A stretch of 38,093 nt of DNA. It comes from Octopus sinensis. Lineage: Eukaryota. Within the stretch, counting starts at the first letter, position 1; the number at the start of each line of letters is the position of its first letter. The stretch covers positions 1 through 38,093 of the forward strand of contig NW_021835761.1 of NCBI RefSeq assembly GCF_006345805.1. The letters are read 5' to 3'. Below the pieces are notes generated by a model. It did not search any database. It had not been told where the DNA came from and saw only the letters and a list, made by a program, of their open reading frames with translations. The position numbers and the translations under genes are program-made. This document shows positions 1 through 11,984 of the stretch, in pieces.

Positions 1-84
1 AATAATATAGCGATAGAAAATATGGACGCTGGTAGATCCTCAAAATGTATTTACTTTTGTTTTGCGGTGTGTCATACAACATAC

Positions 85-260
85 TTTTGTGATCACGAAT
101 ATCTACATGGGTTTCTGCAGCACAGATGATGAGCTGTTGCATATGCAACCAGGCATAATTGTCTGTGCAGCTTCGTTCAGGGTCTTTCAACCAAATTGGA
201 TCCCAGTGATGCGAACGCGGAATTACCCAATGCAGGAATTCACAGAGTGAGAGACAACGC
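85..260 (-). CDS. Weak candidate coding exon of an unidentified host gene
   Basis: One minus-strand frame is open from 271 to the window edge (..RRCLSLCEFLHWVIPRSHHWDPIWLKDPERSCTDNYAWLHMQQLIICAAETHVDIRDHK..). There is an AG at 262-261 with a poor pyrimidine tract and an AAA|GTATGT donor at 84-79. No protein family recognised. Confidence 0.2.
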
Positions 261-495
261 CTAATATTCATAGACGTTAAATACAGACCAATGCGGCCGG
301 ATAATATATCCTTTTAAACTCACACTAATATATATATATATATTATATAGAGGGCATTACTATACATAAATGCCACACGCTAGGAGGGACTCTCAAAGTC
401 AAAACTACCAAAATAAATAAACATATCGTAACTAAAGCAACTCTCGAAGCAAGTCATTTAAAAACAGAATTTAGCTGCAGATCACCGTGATTTCA

Positions 496-574
496 TAATT
501 AGTGCAGTAATGCACTTTTTAATCATCATTTATGCTTGCACTGATGATTAAAAAGTGCATTACTGCTCTAATTA
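496..574. repeat. Near-perfect 33-bp inverted repeat (hairpin)
   Basis: TAATTAGTGCAGTAATGCACTTTTTAATCATCA (496-528) is the reverse complement of 542-574 with one mismatch; 13-nt loop. Confidence 0.9.
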
Positions 575-689
575 ACCCGTAAAATAACCCTTAAAATATA
601 TTATATGTCTCAAGGAACCCCAGCACCAAAAAAATTATATACCATATCTTTCATGATATTTTCATCGTAGTTCACGTGGTAAATATCAT

Positions 690-1154
690 CGACTTAGACA
701 GCTGAATCTCTATTCTCTGCAATGCCGTCGTGAGCGAGACATTAGTTGCACCATGTGGAAATATCCCTACAATATTATCCAAATGATATCGGTATTATGT
801 TTACAATTCACCCAAGACTAGGCCCCTGTGCAATGCGTCCCCTAGAAAGGTCGAGATCGCATCACATAATAACATTGCGACACAATTTCTTCACTGCAAA
901 TCGTCCTGCACGTTTCAATGTTATCCCAAAATAAATTAAAGTAGAAAAAGACCCCACAACTTTCAAACGGTACCTGGACAAATCCCTCCAGGAAATACCG
1001 GATAAACCACCTACACCTGGATACGTCTCAACCAACAACAACTCTCTGCTTACGTGGTCCATGGTATCCCGAATAATTAACTAAAGGACTTTTCCAGGTG
1101 GTGCTATTAAGTTAGTCATGGCCTGGATCGATAATGGCCGAAAACCAATCTAAG

Positions 1155-1155
<1 letters not shown>
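690..1155 (+). mobile_element. 5'-truncated 3' end of a CR1/L2-group LINE (ORF2 C-terminus + 3'UTR)
   Basis: Frameshifted translation RLRQLNLYSLQCRRERDISCTMWK..HPRLGPC..FKRYLDKSLQEIPDKPPTPGYVSTNNNSLLTW resembles the LxLxSLxxRRERxxIxxxWK and LDKxLxxIPDxPxxPGY C-terminal motifs of CR1-group ORF2. The element runs into a (TA)n tract. Confidence 0.75.
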
Positions 1156-1220
<65 letters not shown>

Positions 1221-1228
1221 TATATAAA
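1156..1228. repeat. (TA)n microsatellite
   Basis: Directly visible TA run. Confidence 0.95.
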
Positions 1229-1239
1229 TATATTAATAA

Positions 1240-2067
1240 TATTAGGGAGTATACTCCAAACTTACAGGGAATAATTCAATTTAGTATTAAATCAAATTTA
1301 TCTTTATATTATATATATATATATATATTATATAAAAGGGCTTAATAAAATAAAATACTTTGCCGCATACTGAACTCATTAGAAATAGTAGCTAAAAAAA
1401 CTTTTTTAAAACTATTTCTAATACTTAAAGAAAACCTCTCTCATATAGTGTTTGCTCAATTCAACTCACGAAAGTATGGGGGTAAAGACATTAAAAAATC
1501 AAATGCAAAGTTTATTTGAGAACGTACGTTTCAAGATTAGTCAACCGACATTTCTATCATCAGCTCAGACTCCTTTGTTGGATTGAAAACATTGAAAGTG
1601 GGAGCATACCCTTTCGGCTTCTTATCGCTTCTGAAGATCTGCTCGAAACTAACAGTGCCAGCAAACTCAAATATGCAAGCGAAGAATTTCTGCTCTCCCC
1701 TTTCCACCAGCGTTGGTTAAATCAGTAAACACTATGCTTTTTTTCGGTAAAATCCGAGGCATTAAATAGAGAGAGATGAATTATAATTTCAACAATTGAG
1801 GGTAAAATTAATTAATATTAATCAATTTCACCAAGTATTCAGTATGCAAAGGGACCATTTAAGGCGAATTCAATTATTACATTATATAAAAGGGCTTAGT
1901 AAAATAAATTACTTTGCCGCATACTGAACTCATTAGAAATATAGCTAAAAAAACTTTTTTAAAACTATTTCTAATACTTAAAGTATTTTACTAAGCCCTT
2001 TTATATAATGTAATAATTTGAATTCGCCTTTGCATACTGAATACTTGGTGAAATTGATTAATTGTTG

Positions 2068-2074
<7 letters not shown>
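1240..2074 (-). mobile_element. Non-coding PLE pseudo-LTR / retrozyme-like insertion with direct and inverted terminal segments
   Basis: A ~104-bp direct repeat (1327-1430 vs 1881-1983, offset ~553) and an inverted copy of 1782-1906 at 1984-2074. Flanked by (TA)n on both sides and contains a hammerhead-like motif. This direct-plus-inverted layout is typical of PLE insertions. Confidence 0.6.
1517..1567 (-). ncRNA. Degenerate minimal type-I hammerhead ribozyme
   Basis: Minus strand: UGAG-CUGAUGA-uagaaau-GUC-gguu-GAC-uaaucuu-GAAAC-guac-GU-U-CUCA. Stem I is 4 bp, stem III is short with a palindromic GUAC loop, the triplet is GUU, and stem II is only partly paired. Confidence 0.6.
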
Positions 2075-2105
<31 letters not shown>

Positions 2106-2389
2106 CATAATAATTGATTTTTTTAATAACATAATAGGTTAGATATGATGATGTCTATATTACAGTATTACAATAACCAATAATATCTTGTGCGTGTACA
2201 GTAATATTACGATCACGAAACTAGCATTAGCTTATCTTACCCTTTCACGCGGAACCCCTAGGAACCTTTTGAGGCGATATTTTTCTCGGATGATAATTCC
2301 ATACATATATAAGACATGGACGCACGTTCTAGTATCTCAAATGCCAAATACAAGATGAAATTATTAAATAATATTTCATCATTTATATA

Positions 2390-2955
2390 TTGGGTTGTCC
2401 GGAAAGTTCGTGCCGATTTTTAAAGGAAAGAAAAAGGTTAATAAATACTTGCCACTACATTTTTAATCAACCAAATATGAACCACTTTGTTGCACAATGC
2501 GTCTCCATCTTTCCTTTAACTTGAAAATACCCTCTTCCCAGAATTGAGGTGGTTTCATGGCAAAGAATTCATCAAGGTGTCTTTTTACGTCATCCAAGGA
2601 ATTGAAATTTTTATCATTAAGACTATTCTGCAGAGACCTGAATAAGTGGAAATCCGAAGGAGCAATATCTGGGGAATATGGAGGGTGGAGTAACACATCC
2701 CAGCCAAGCTGCAGCAATTTTTGTCTGGTTCCCAAAGCATCAAGTGTCGAAAATGAAAATTCTTATCTTCCATTTTAAAGGGTTACAGAATTAACACAGG
2801 TTATAGGAACATAAACCTTCTTCCACGAAAAGATAGCTTAAACTTTCCTCTAAATGGAGGTGTAGTCAAATCCTATTTTATGGACTCAACCATGTTCTAA
2901 AATAAGTCGAAAGGTAAGCTACTATAAATCGGCACGAACTTTCCGGACAACCCAA
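2390..2955 (-). mobile_element. Internally deleted mariner transposon with intact TIRs
   Basis: Perfect 30-bp TIRs TTGGGTTGTCCGGAAAGTTCGTGCCGATTT (2390-2419 and 2926-2955) with TA flanks (2388-89, 2956-57). ORF 2463-2735 encodes a mariner transposase C-terminus (WDVLLHPPYSPDIAPSDFHLFRSL..FWEEGIFKLKERW). Confidence 0.95.
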
Positions 2956-3137
2956 TACCAATACGTAATATAATTTAACTTCGTCACTTAAAATTAATTG
3001 GTAGTTAGTCTTCATCATTATATCAAAACATATTTAGAAAAATACTAAACTCATTCCTATATTCACACTGGATCAAGATTCTCTCTTTCTCTTTATCTCT
3101 CTTTCTTTCTCTTCCTCTTTCTCTCCCTCTCTCTCCA

Positions 3138-3138
<1 letters not shown>

Positions 3139-3222
<84 letters not shown>
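3139..3222. repeat. (CA)n(TA)n compound microsatellite
   Basis: Directly visible. Confidence 0.95.
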
Positions 3223-3719
3223 CAAAATTTAGAGGACTGAGCACTAAAAGTGGATAGCCTATATGCTAGATATAGACGTCAAATCGCCATTTTCTATATA
3301 TATATATATATATAATTTGGTAACTATTTATCTATTTTTCCGTGTTAATTGGTAACAAGGGAAAAATACACTCATCTGTATATATATATATGTGTGTGTG
3401 TGTGTGTGCGTGTGTGTGTTTAAATATGTCATTTTTTTCCCTTTTATCTTCAATGTGTTTCCGTCAACGGATGGCCGTCCTGCTGAGCAATGCCTGAAAG
3501 CGTTTGAGTCGAACACGTTTGACCTCGTTTTATTTCTTTTAATGTTTCGTGTTTACTTCCATCGACTCTTTTTGCCAAGTCTGGTTGTCAAGCAATGAAG
3601 GACGAGAGAATAAGCGCACACACACACACACACAACACACACACACACCACACACACACACACAGACATATACATACACACACAGACATACACATACACA
3701 CACACACAACAGACACACA

Positions 3720-4197
3720 TGCGTAGGTGTGGCTGTGTGGTAAGAAGTTTGCTTCCTAACCACATGTTCAAGGGTTCAGTCCCACTGCGTGGCACCTTGG
3801 GCAGGTGTCGTCTACCATAGCCATGAGCTGACCAATACCTTGTGAGTGGATTTGTTAAGCGAAAACAACGTGTGTGCGAATGTGTGTGTGTGTGTGCATG
3901 TGTGCGTATGTGTGCGTGTGTGTGTGTGTGCATGTGTGCGTATGTGTGCGTGTGTGCGTGTGTGCATGTGTGTGTGAGTGCGTATGTCTGTGTCTTTATG
4001 TGTCACCACACCGTTTGTCAACCAGTGTTGGCTTGTTTACGTCCCCGTAACTTAACAGTTCGAGAAAAAGAGTACGATAAAAGAAGTAATAAGCTTAAAA
4101 ATAAATAAGTATTGAGGCCGATTTGATCAGCTAATCCCTCCAAAGAGATGCCCCATGATGTCCGAAGTCCAGTGACTGAAACAAATAAAGGCTAAAA
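3720..4197 (+). mobile_element. tRNA-derived CORE-like SINE, family B (diverged copy)
   Basis: Head GTGGCTGTGTGGTAAG..GGTTCAGTCCCACTGCGTGGCACCTTGGGCA, internal (GT)n tract and tail GTGACTGAAACAAATAAAG; homologous to the copies at 15.0, 20.9 and 24.1 kb. Confidence 0.85.
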
Positions 4198-4198
4198 G

Positions 4199-4702
4199 CT
4201 ACACACACACACACATACTTACACACACACACACACACATACTCACAACACACACACACATACACACACATGCACTCACACGCACACACACAGACACACA
4301 CACACACTCACACACACATGCACTAACACGCACACACACACACACACACACAGACACACTCACACACACAGACACACAGACACACACACACTCACACACA
4401 AACACAGACACACACACTCACACACAAACACACACACACACTCACACACACATTCACACACACACACACTCTCTCACACACACACACACACACAACAGTC
4501 TTCCAAACAGTTGGCCTCCAAAATTCACTCCTAAGACATTGGTCAGTCTGGGAACATGGCAATGCCATATAGTAGTAGCAATAGCAAGCACGCACACACA
4601 CACACACACACACACAAACAAACAAACACACACACACGCACACACACACACACACACACACAAACAAACAAACAAACACACACACACGCACACACACACA
4701 CA
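4199..4702. repeat. Complex (CA)n microsatellite region
   Basis: Directly visible; interrupted by ~100 bp of other sequence at 4497-4590. Confidence 0.9.
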
Positions 4703-5077
4703 TGTATGCACATGCCTATGCATCGCATTTGTCCTATAGTTCTTGATGGCTAAGTCCACCTAAGTCCATCTGCCAACCTTCATCTCTTGCTGTCATACCA
4801 CCGTGTTCATCTCACTGAGACACTTGTCAATAAATAAATGACCAAACTCTGAGGGACGCAGTCAACACAAGAATCCATTTCGGCCCACCCCACACCACCC
4901 AATCCCCGTAATTACCCCAGACCTGCATTGATTATTCATATTACTTCTAGCTATTGGATGTTATTGTGGATTTGAACTTTTGACCTCGGCGGAGGTCACT
5001 TTGTTCCCTTTCATCTGATTCTCCTCGCTTCATCTCCGGCTTAACAACGAAAATGATTCTGCATAATATAGTTTTGT

Positions 5078-5115
<38 letters not shown>

Positions 5116-5400
5116 GCACGCACACACACACACACACACACATACACACACACACACACGCACGCACGCACGTACACACACACACACAAGCACGCAAGCA
5201 CACACACACACACACTCAAACACGCAAGCACACACACACACACATACATACACTCTCTCTCTCTCTTTCACACACACACACTCCCTTTCTCTCGCTCTCT
5301 TTCTCTTCACACACACACACTCTCTCTTTCGCTCTCTTTTTCGTTCACACACTCTCTCTCTCTCTCTCTCTCTCTCTTTCACACACACACATACACACAC
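5078..5400. repeat. (CA)n/(CT)n compound microsatellite
   Basis: Directly visible. Confidence 0.9.
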
Positions 5401-5710
5401 CTTATAGTATGCTATTCAAATCTCGTCCATAGGTACTGGCTACCAAATGTCATCGTACAGTGGGAATACTGCTGTCACCGGATACACATCTCGAATGCCA
5501 TAGTATCCGTAGAGGTCATAGAAAGAGAAGGATTAGAGAAAACGGATTGAACGACATTCTTTATTCCATATCATTTAGAGACACATCAATATATAGAGTG
5601 CAAGTCGCTTATTGTAATCTGGGATAATGTTATCAAGCGTTTATGGTTATTAAAATTTGGGGGTTTCAAATGCGTTCAGGATACGCGAGTTTAATATAAT
5701 CTGCTAGTAT

Positions 5711-6290
5711 GGCGGCGAGGTGGAGAATCGTTAGCGCGCCGGGCGAAATGCTCAGCGGTATTTCGTCTGCGTTACGTTGTGAGTTCAAATTCCGCCGAGG
5801 TCGACTTTGCCTTTCATCCTTTCGGGGTCGATTAATTAAGTACCAGTTACGCACTGGGGTCGATGTAATCGACTTAATCCGTTTGTCTGTCCTTGTTTGT
5901 CCTCTCTGTGTTTAGCCTCTTGTGGGCAGTAAAGAAATAGGTATTTCGTCCGTTTTTACGTTCTGAGTTCAAATTTCTAAGTCGACTTTGCCTTTCATCC
6001 TTTCGGGGTCGATTAAATAAGTACCAGTTACGCACTGGAGTCGATATAATCGACTTAATCCCTTTGTCTGTCCTTATTTGTCCCCTCTATGTGTAGCCCC
6101 TTGTGGGTAGTAAAGAAATAGAAATAGGTATTTCATCCGTCTTCACGTTCCGAGTTCAAATTTCGCCGAGGTCGACTTTGTCTTTCATCCATTCGGGTTC
6201 GATAAAATAAATACCAGTTAAGTACGGGGGTGATTTTAAACGACTTACCCCTCTCCCGAAATTCCTGCCAAAATTTGAAATCACTATTAT
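5711..6290 (+). mobile_element. tRNA-derived SINE family A, head-to-tail array of 3 units
   Basis: Full unit 5711-5939 (GGCGGCGAG..GAGTTCAAATTCCGCCGAGGTCGAC B-box-like head). Two 5'-truncated units start at GGTATTTC (5940 and 6127). Confidence 0.9.
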
Positions 6291-6799
6291 CAAATTTAAA
6301 TCTGTTTCAAAGAGATTCGGGATACACGTGCTTAATATTATCAGTTAATTATTGGGGATCTTTTTCAAATTATTCCAACAAGTTGAAGTAGTTCACTGCT
6401 GACGAACTCAGTTTACATCTGTGTTTAAAACTTGAAAAAAAGAACCCCAAAAAACCCCCCAGAAATCTACTGAAAATTAGAAATATATCAAGTGGTTGAA
6501 AGAATTTTCAAAAGATCCATCGTTGCTATCTTTGGGCGAACAAATTAATAAGTTGAAATATAATTAAGACGATTTTAAATGTTCTAAACTTGTTCAATAA
6601 TATTGTGGAGGAAAAAAATTCGAACTCTAGATATCGAACAGTTTGTCTTCTCCTTAATAAAGAGGGGACAAAAAATTTCACCAAGCATACGTACGCACGT
6701 ACATACATACAGCTGTCTCTCTCTCTCCCTCCCACCCTCTCTCTCCTACTCTCCCTCCCTCTCTCTCTATATATAGATAGATATATACGTAAGTGTCTA

Positions 6800-6821
6800 T
6801 GTACATGTATATGAATGCATA

Positions 6822-6857
<36 letters not shown>

Positions 6858-6871
6858 TGTATGTATGTTTC

Positions 6872-6915
<44 letters not shown>

Positions 6916-6968
6916 ATATGTATATATATATATGTATATATATATGTATATATATGTATATATATGTA

Positions 6969-7023
<55 letters not shown>

Positions 7024-7152
7024 TTATATTTATATTTATATTTATATTTATATATGTATATATATTATATATATATATATATTATATATATATATATATA
7101 TGTATATATTTATATTTATATTTATATATGTGTATATATATATTTATATTTA

Positions 7153-7236
<84 letters not shown>

Positions 7237-7262
7237 TATATATATGCATATATATATATATA
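6800..7262. repeat. (TATG)n/(TA)n/(TATATT)n compound microsatellite
   Basis: Directly visible. Confidence 0.95.
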
Positions 7263-7665
7263 TTAGAAGAGTCCTGATCACGTTCCTATGAACTGCTAAC
7301 TCTCACGAATATCGATTTTTTCAGACTAGTGTGGTTTCGTTTCGCCCAGTTCTGAAGTATACTGCCTTTTTGGGGCTTTTTTTTAAACACTCTGCGTCTT
7401 TGAAAGTATCTCTCCCAGAAGAGAAACCACCGTTCCTGGCGTTTAACAATACACATACGTTTGAATGTGTGATATTCATGATGTTTACATTACTAAACTG
7501 CATCTACCACATAATTTGAATATATACTGTTCGAATCAAAATTCTTGAAGGTGGTGCCCCAGCATGGCCGCAGTCTAATGACTGAAACAAGTAAATGATA
7601 AAACACACACACACATACACGTTCGCAAACACACACATGTTTGTGTAGATGGGCGCAATATAATA

Positions 7666-7890
7666 CCTATTTCTTTACTACCCACAAGGGGCTAAACACA
7701 GAAGGGACAAACAAGGACAGACAAACGGATTATATCGACCCCAGTGCGTAACTGGTACTTATTTAATCGGCCCCGAAAGGATGAAAGGCAAAGTCGACCT
7801 CGGCGGAATTTGAACTCAGAACGTAGCGGCAGACGAAGTACTGCTAAGCATTTCGCCCGGCGTGCTAACGACTCTGTCAGCTCGCCGCCT
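7666..7890 (-). mobile_element. SINE family A, full length, with 13-bp TSD
   Basis: Reverse complement of the 5711 unit; GGCGCAATATAAT duplicated at 7652-7664 and 7898-7910. Confidence 0.92.
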
Positions 7891-8039
7891 TATAACAGGC
7901 GCAATATAATCCCATAAAGGAAAAATTCAGTCATGAGTAATTGTGACTGGCGGTGCTGAAGCATCTATATTGCACGAAATAAGTGTTAAAAACCCTTGAT
8001 GCTGTATGAAGCACACGATATATATACACAATTTAAGGG

Positions 8040-8625
8040 AAGATATGTTTCTTTATTAGCCACACAGGGCAGCACAGAGACGGGACAGATTACAAAGTAG
8101 AGCTTTTCTTTTTGGGGAGAAAAAACAAGTGGGGTAGGTTTTCGATCAAAAGGGATCGTAAAAAAGGGGGTGGAGATCAATAGGGATCGTGTATCACAGA
8201 AATGTCATGATGTAAAGTGTAAAGGGGGAAGCAGATAAGGTTTATCTGGAAAAGACCACGGTATCCTCGGTCAATAATGTCACATGTTAACACATTTGTT
8301 TGCAAGTAAGTGACCCTCTGTTTTAAAATTTTCCGGGTTCATAGGATCATGCTCAAGTGGCTTCGTCATTCATACGTGCCATCCTTGCTACATTCACCCA
8401 TCTTTTTTTGAAACATTCGCTAGACAAAACTTGCCTCTCTATTCTTACTTTCCTTTTCAAGTGATACTTGAAGAAGTTGATGAAGAAGTTGATTGACCAG
8501 AGAGGAAAGCGTTTGTCTCCAATCCTTTCAGACGCATCCACCAGATACATTCTTTCGCCATAGCCACAAGGATGATGAAAATAGCTATTCCTTCCCGTTT
8601 GAAGGAAGGCCGCCACATGAACCAA
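8040..8625 (-). mobile_element. 3' end of an L1/Tx1-type LINE
   Basis: Frameshifted translation AIFIILVAMAKECIWWMRLKGLETNAFLSGQS / INFFKYHLKRKVRIERQVLSSECFKKRWVNVARMARM resembles the Tx1/L1 ORF2 C-terminus. It is followed by a pyrimidine-rich 3'UTR and AATAAA (8057-8052). Confidence 0.7.
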
Positions 8626-8961
8626 TCTAGTGTCACTGGACTTGACTAGTTTCGTTTATCAGTCGCAGACACGTCACCGGTGACTACTCAATCTGTCAAT
8701 GGTTTGGCTAAATCTGTCTATCAGTATATATATTTACCATATAAATTCATGGTTGATTTAGCGAAATACCAATGTGTAAATTAAAAATTAATATAAACAG
8801 ATAAGCGCAACACATTAGCATTTCGCTAAATCAACCGTAAATTTATATGGTAAATATATACACTGAAAGATCGATTTAGCCAAATCATTGAGAGATTAAG
8901 TATTCACTGCGGACGAGTCTACAACAGATAGATAAGACTTGTCTCGTCTAGTGATACTAGA
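8626..8961. mobile_element. Foldback / MITE-like element with ~145-bp inverted arms
   Basis: 8626-8769 is an imperfect reverse complement of ~8820-8961 (e.g. TTTACCATATAAATT..GGTTGATTTAGCGAAAT); ~50-nt spacer; ends TCTAGT..ACTAGA. Confidence 0.75.
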
Positions 8962-9099
8962 GACGATCATGGGGCGGTTATCTCTCCTGTCAGTGTATTT
9001 ACACTGTAAGCTTCATAGAAGCATTAAGAGTTTTTGACTCTTATTTCTAGCAATATAGGTGCTTCAGTCCCCTCTGTCACATTTCGTGACTATCAAATA

Positions 9100-9405
9100 T
9101 ATGTGTGTGTATGTGTGTGTTTGTTGTATGTGTGTGCGCGTGTGTGCATGCGTGTATGTCTGTGGGTATACGTAGGTATATAAGTGTGTATTGTGTGTTG
9201 TGTGTGTGTGTGCGTGTATGTTGTATGCGTGTGCGTGTGTGTGCATGCGTGTATGTCTGTGGGTATACGTAAGTATATAAGTGTGTATTGTGTGTTGTGT
9301 GTTGTGTGTGTGTGTGTATGTGTGTGTTTGTTGTATGTGTGTGCGCGTGTGTGCATGCGTGTATGTCTGTGGGTATACGTAAGTATATATGTGTGTATTG
9401 TGTGT

Positions 9406-9430
<25 letters not shown>
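9100..9430. repeat. GT-rich higher-order repeat (~3 x 100 bp)
   Basis: The marker GCATGCGTGTATGTCTGTGGGTATACGTA recurs three times about 100 bp apart. Confidence 0.85.
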
Positions 9431-9436
<6 letters not shown>

Positions 9437-9618
9437 CTAGCCTTGATCCAGCAACATGTTGATCGGGACACCGTCTTGGTATGTGACGTGGGGGAAACGT
9501 GAGAGAAAGGGTAGGATCGAACCTGAAGGATCGAAAGGCAGAGTTGGCCCTCGACATTATTTGAACTCAATGTGCAGAAACCTGGAAGTAATTTACTCGA
9601 CTCTGTAACAACCAATCT

Positions 9619-10748
9619 CACATACATACATACATACATACATACATACATACATACATACATACACACATACATACATACATACATACATACATACATA
9701 CATACATACATACACACATACATACATACATACACACATACATACATACATACGTACATACATACATACGTACATACATACATACATACATACATACATA
9801 CATACATACATACACACATACATATATACATACATACATACATGCATACGTACATACATACATACTTACATACATACATATATACATACATACATACATG
9901 CATGCATACATACATACATACATACATACATACATACATACCACACACATACATATATACATACATACATACATGCATACGTACATACATACATATACAT
10001 ACATACATACATACATACATACATACATACACACATACATACATACATACACACATACATACATACGTACATACATACATACATACATACATACATACAT
10101 ACATACTTACATACATACATATATACATACATACATACATGCATGCATACATACATACATACATACATACATACATACATACATACATACATACATACAT
10201 ACACACATACATATATACATACATACATACATACATACGTACATACATACATACTTACATACATACATATATACATACATACATACATGCATGCATACAT
10301 ACATACGTACATACGAACATGCATACATACATACGTATATACACACATACATATACACGCACATACATACATGCATGCACACACATACATACACACACAC
10401 GTATATATACAAAGACACACATACATGCATATATATACATGCATACACATACATACACACATACATACACATACGCACGCATACACACACATTCATACAT
10501 ACTCACATATACACACATACACACACACATACATACATACATACATACATTCATACATACATACATACACACATGCACACGCATACATACATATATACAT
10601 ACATACACATATACACACACATACACACATACATACATACATACACACATTCATACATATACACACACATACATACATACATACATACATACATACATAC
10701 ATACATACATACATACATACATGCATGCATGCGTGCATGCATGCATGT
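9619..10748. repeat. ~1.1-kb (TACA)n microsatellite
   Basis: Directly visible; source of the HTYI and MYVC pseudo-ORFs. Confidence 0.97.
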
Positions 10749-10829
10749 ATGAAGGGTTGATTTCTAGCCATGCCATTGCCTGTTTATTCCCTTAAAGCGG
10801 CAGAGATATACCTTTTCAGTCCTGCAGGT

Positions 10830-10990
10830 GACTTGTGGGTGCCTCCCTTGCAGCAGAAGGTCAGAGAACTCACCACCCACGGTCACACATGCCTTCATTC
10901 CATCATAGAATTTTTCATTGAGTTTTTCGTGTTTTTCAGTCACGGCCTTTGTATCCCACACATGACGAAGACGTGAGAAGTCAAGCAATG
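10830..10990 (-). mobile_element. Small LINE reverse-transcriptase fragment (RTE-like)
   Basis: KFYDGMKACVTVGGEFSD resembles the YxxxxAxVxxxGExSxxF segment between RT motifs 3 and 4; otherwise decayed. Confidence 0.5.
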
Positions 10991-11529
10991 CATATGCTTG
11001 AAGCTTTTTTAAAGTAAAGAAATGCCTTGCACAGGGACATTACCATTCTATAAACAACGAATGCGATCGTCCAAGAAGAAGAAATACTCTACATGATTGG
11101 TTGTAAACGGAGTCGCATGCGTTTCATCAGAGTTTTCCTTCTCCTAGATAAATGTCTCATAATACTCTAGTGGTCTCTCATTCCTAGGCTGTTGGATAGT
11201 CTTGGATTCAATTGAGTTCGCCCGCCCTTTGGGAGGTTTTGTTTTTCGATCCGTTGGCTATCTTTTACCAAACAGACGTGGTAGGGTTGCCGGTTTAGTC
11301 ACCAAAACACATACATACATACATACATACATACATACATACATACATACATACATACATACATGCATGCATGCATGCATGCATACATACATACATACAT
11401 ACATACATACATACATACATGCATGCATACATACATACATACATACATACATACATACATACATACATACATACTTACATACATACATGCACACATATAT
11501 GTAGTGGGGAGACAGAGAAACTGTGACAT

Positions 11530-11747
11530 ACTCTTTACTCTTTTACTTGTTTCAGCCTTTTGACTGCGGCCATGCTGGAGCACCGCCTTTAGTCGAGCAC
11601 ATCAACCCCAGGACTTATTCTTTAGAAGCCTAGTACTTATTCTATCAGTCTCTTTTGTCGAACCGCTAAGTGACGGGTACGCAAACACACCAGCATCGGT
11701 TGTCAAGCGATGTTGGAGGACAAACACACAGACACACATAGATATAC

Positions 11748-11827
<80 letters not shown>

Positions 11828-11984
11828 GATGGGCTTCTTTCAGTTTCCGTCTACCAAATCCACTCACAAGGCTTTGGTTGGCCCGAGGCTACAGTAGCAG
11901 ACACTTGCCCAAGGTGCCACGCGGTGGGACTGAACCCGAAACCATGTGGTTGGTAAGCAAGCTAATTACCACACGGCCACTCCT
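11530..11984 (-). mobile_element. SINE family B
   Basis: Reverse complement of the family B consensus with an internal (TA)n tract. Confidence 0.92.

Noticed and set aside
549-570. AAAAGTGC miR-17-like seed in the hairpin 3' arm
   Set aside because: That family is vertebrate, and a short seed match is expected by chance.
3493-3523. CTGAAAGCG..CGAACACGTT resembling a hammerhead
   Set aside because: Both core motifs are defective and no stems pair.
5711-6290. Regularly spaced repeats suggesting a CRISPR array
   Set aside because: Whole ~185-bp units are homologous SINE bodies with no unique spacers; eukaryotic context and no cas genes.
7321-7503. Short minus-strand ORF / possible exon after CCAG
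   Set aside because: No convincing donor or homology.
9064-10795. Longest ORFs in the track (394 and 407 aa), and similar ORFs at 6.8, 25.5 and 35.4 kb
   Set aside because: They are translations of (TACA)n/(TA)n/(CA)n microsatellites, which lack stop codons in some frames.
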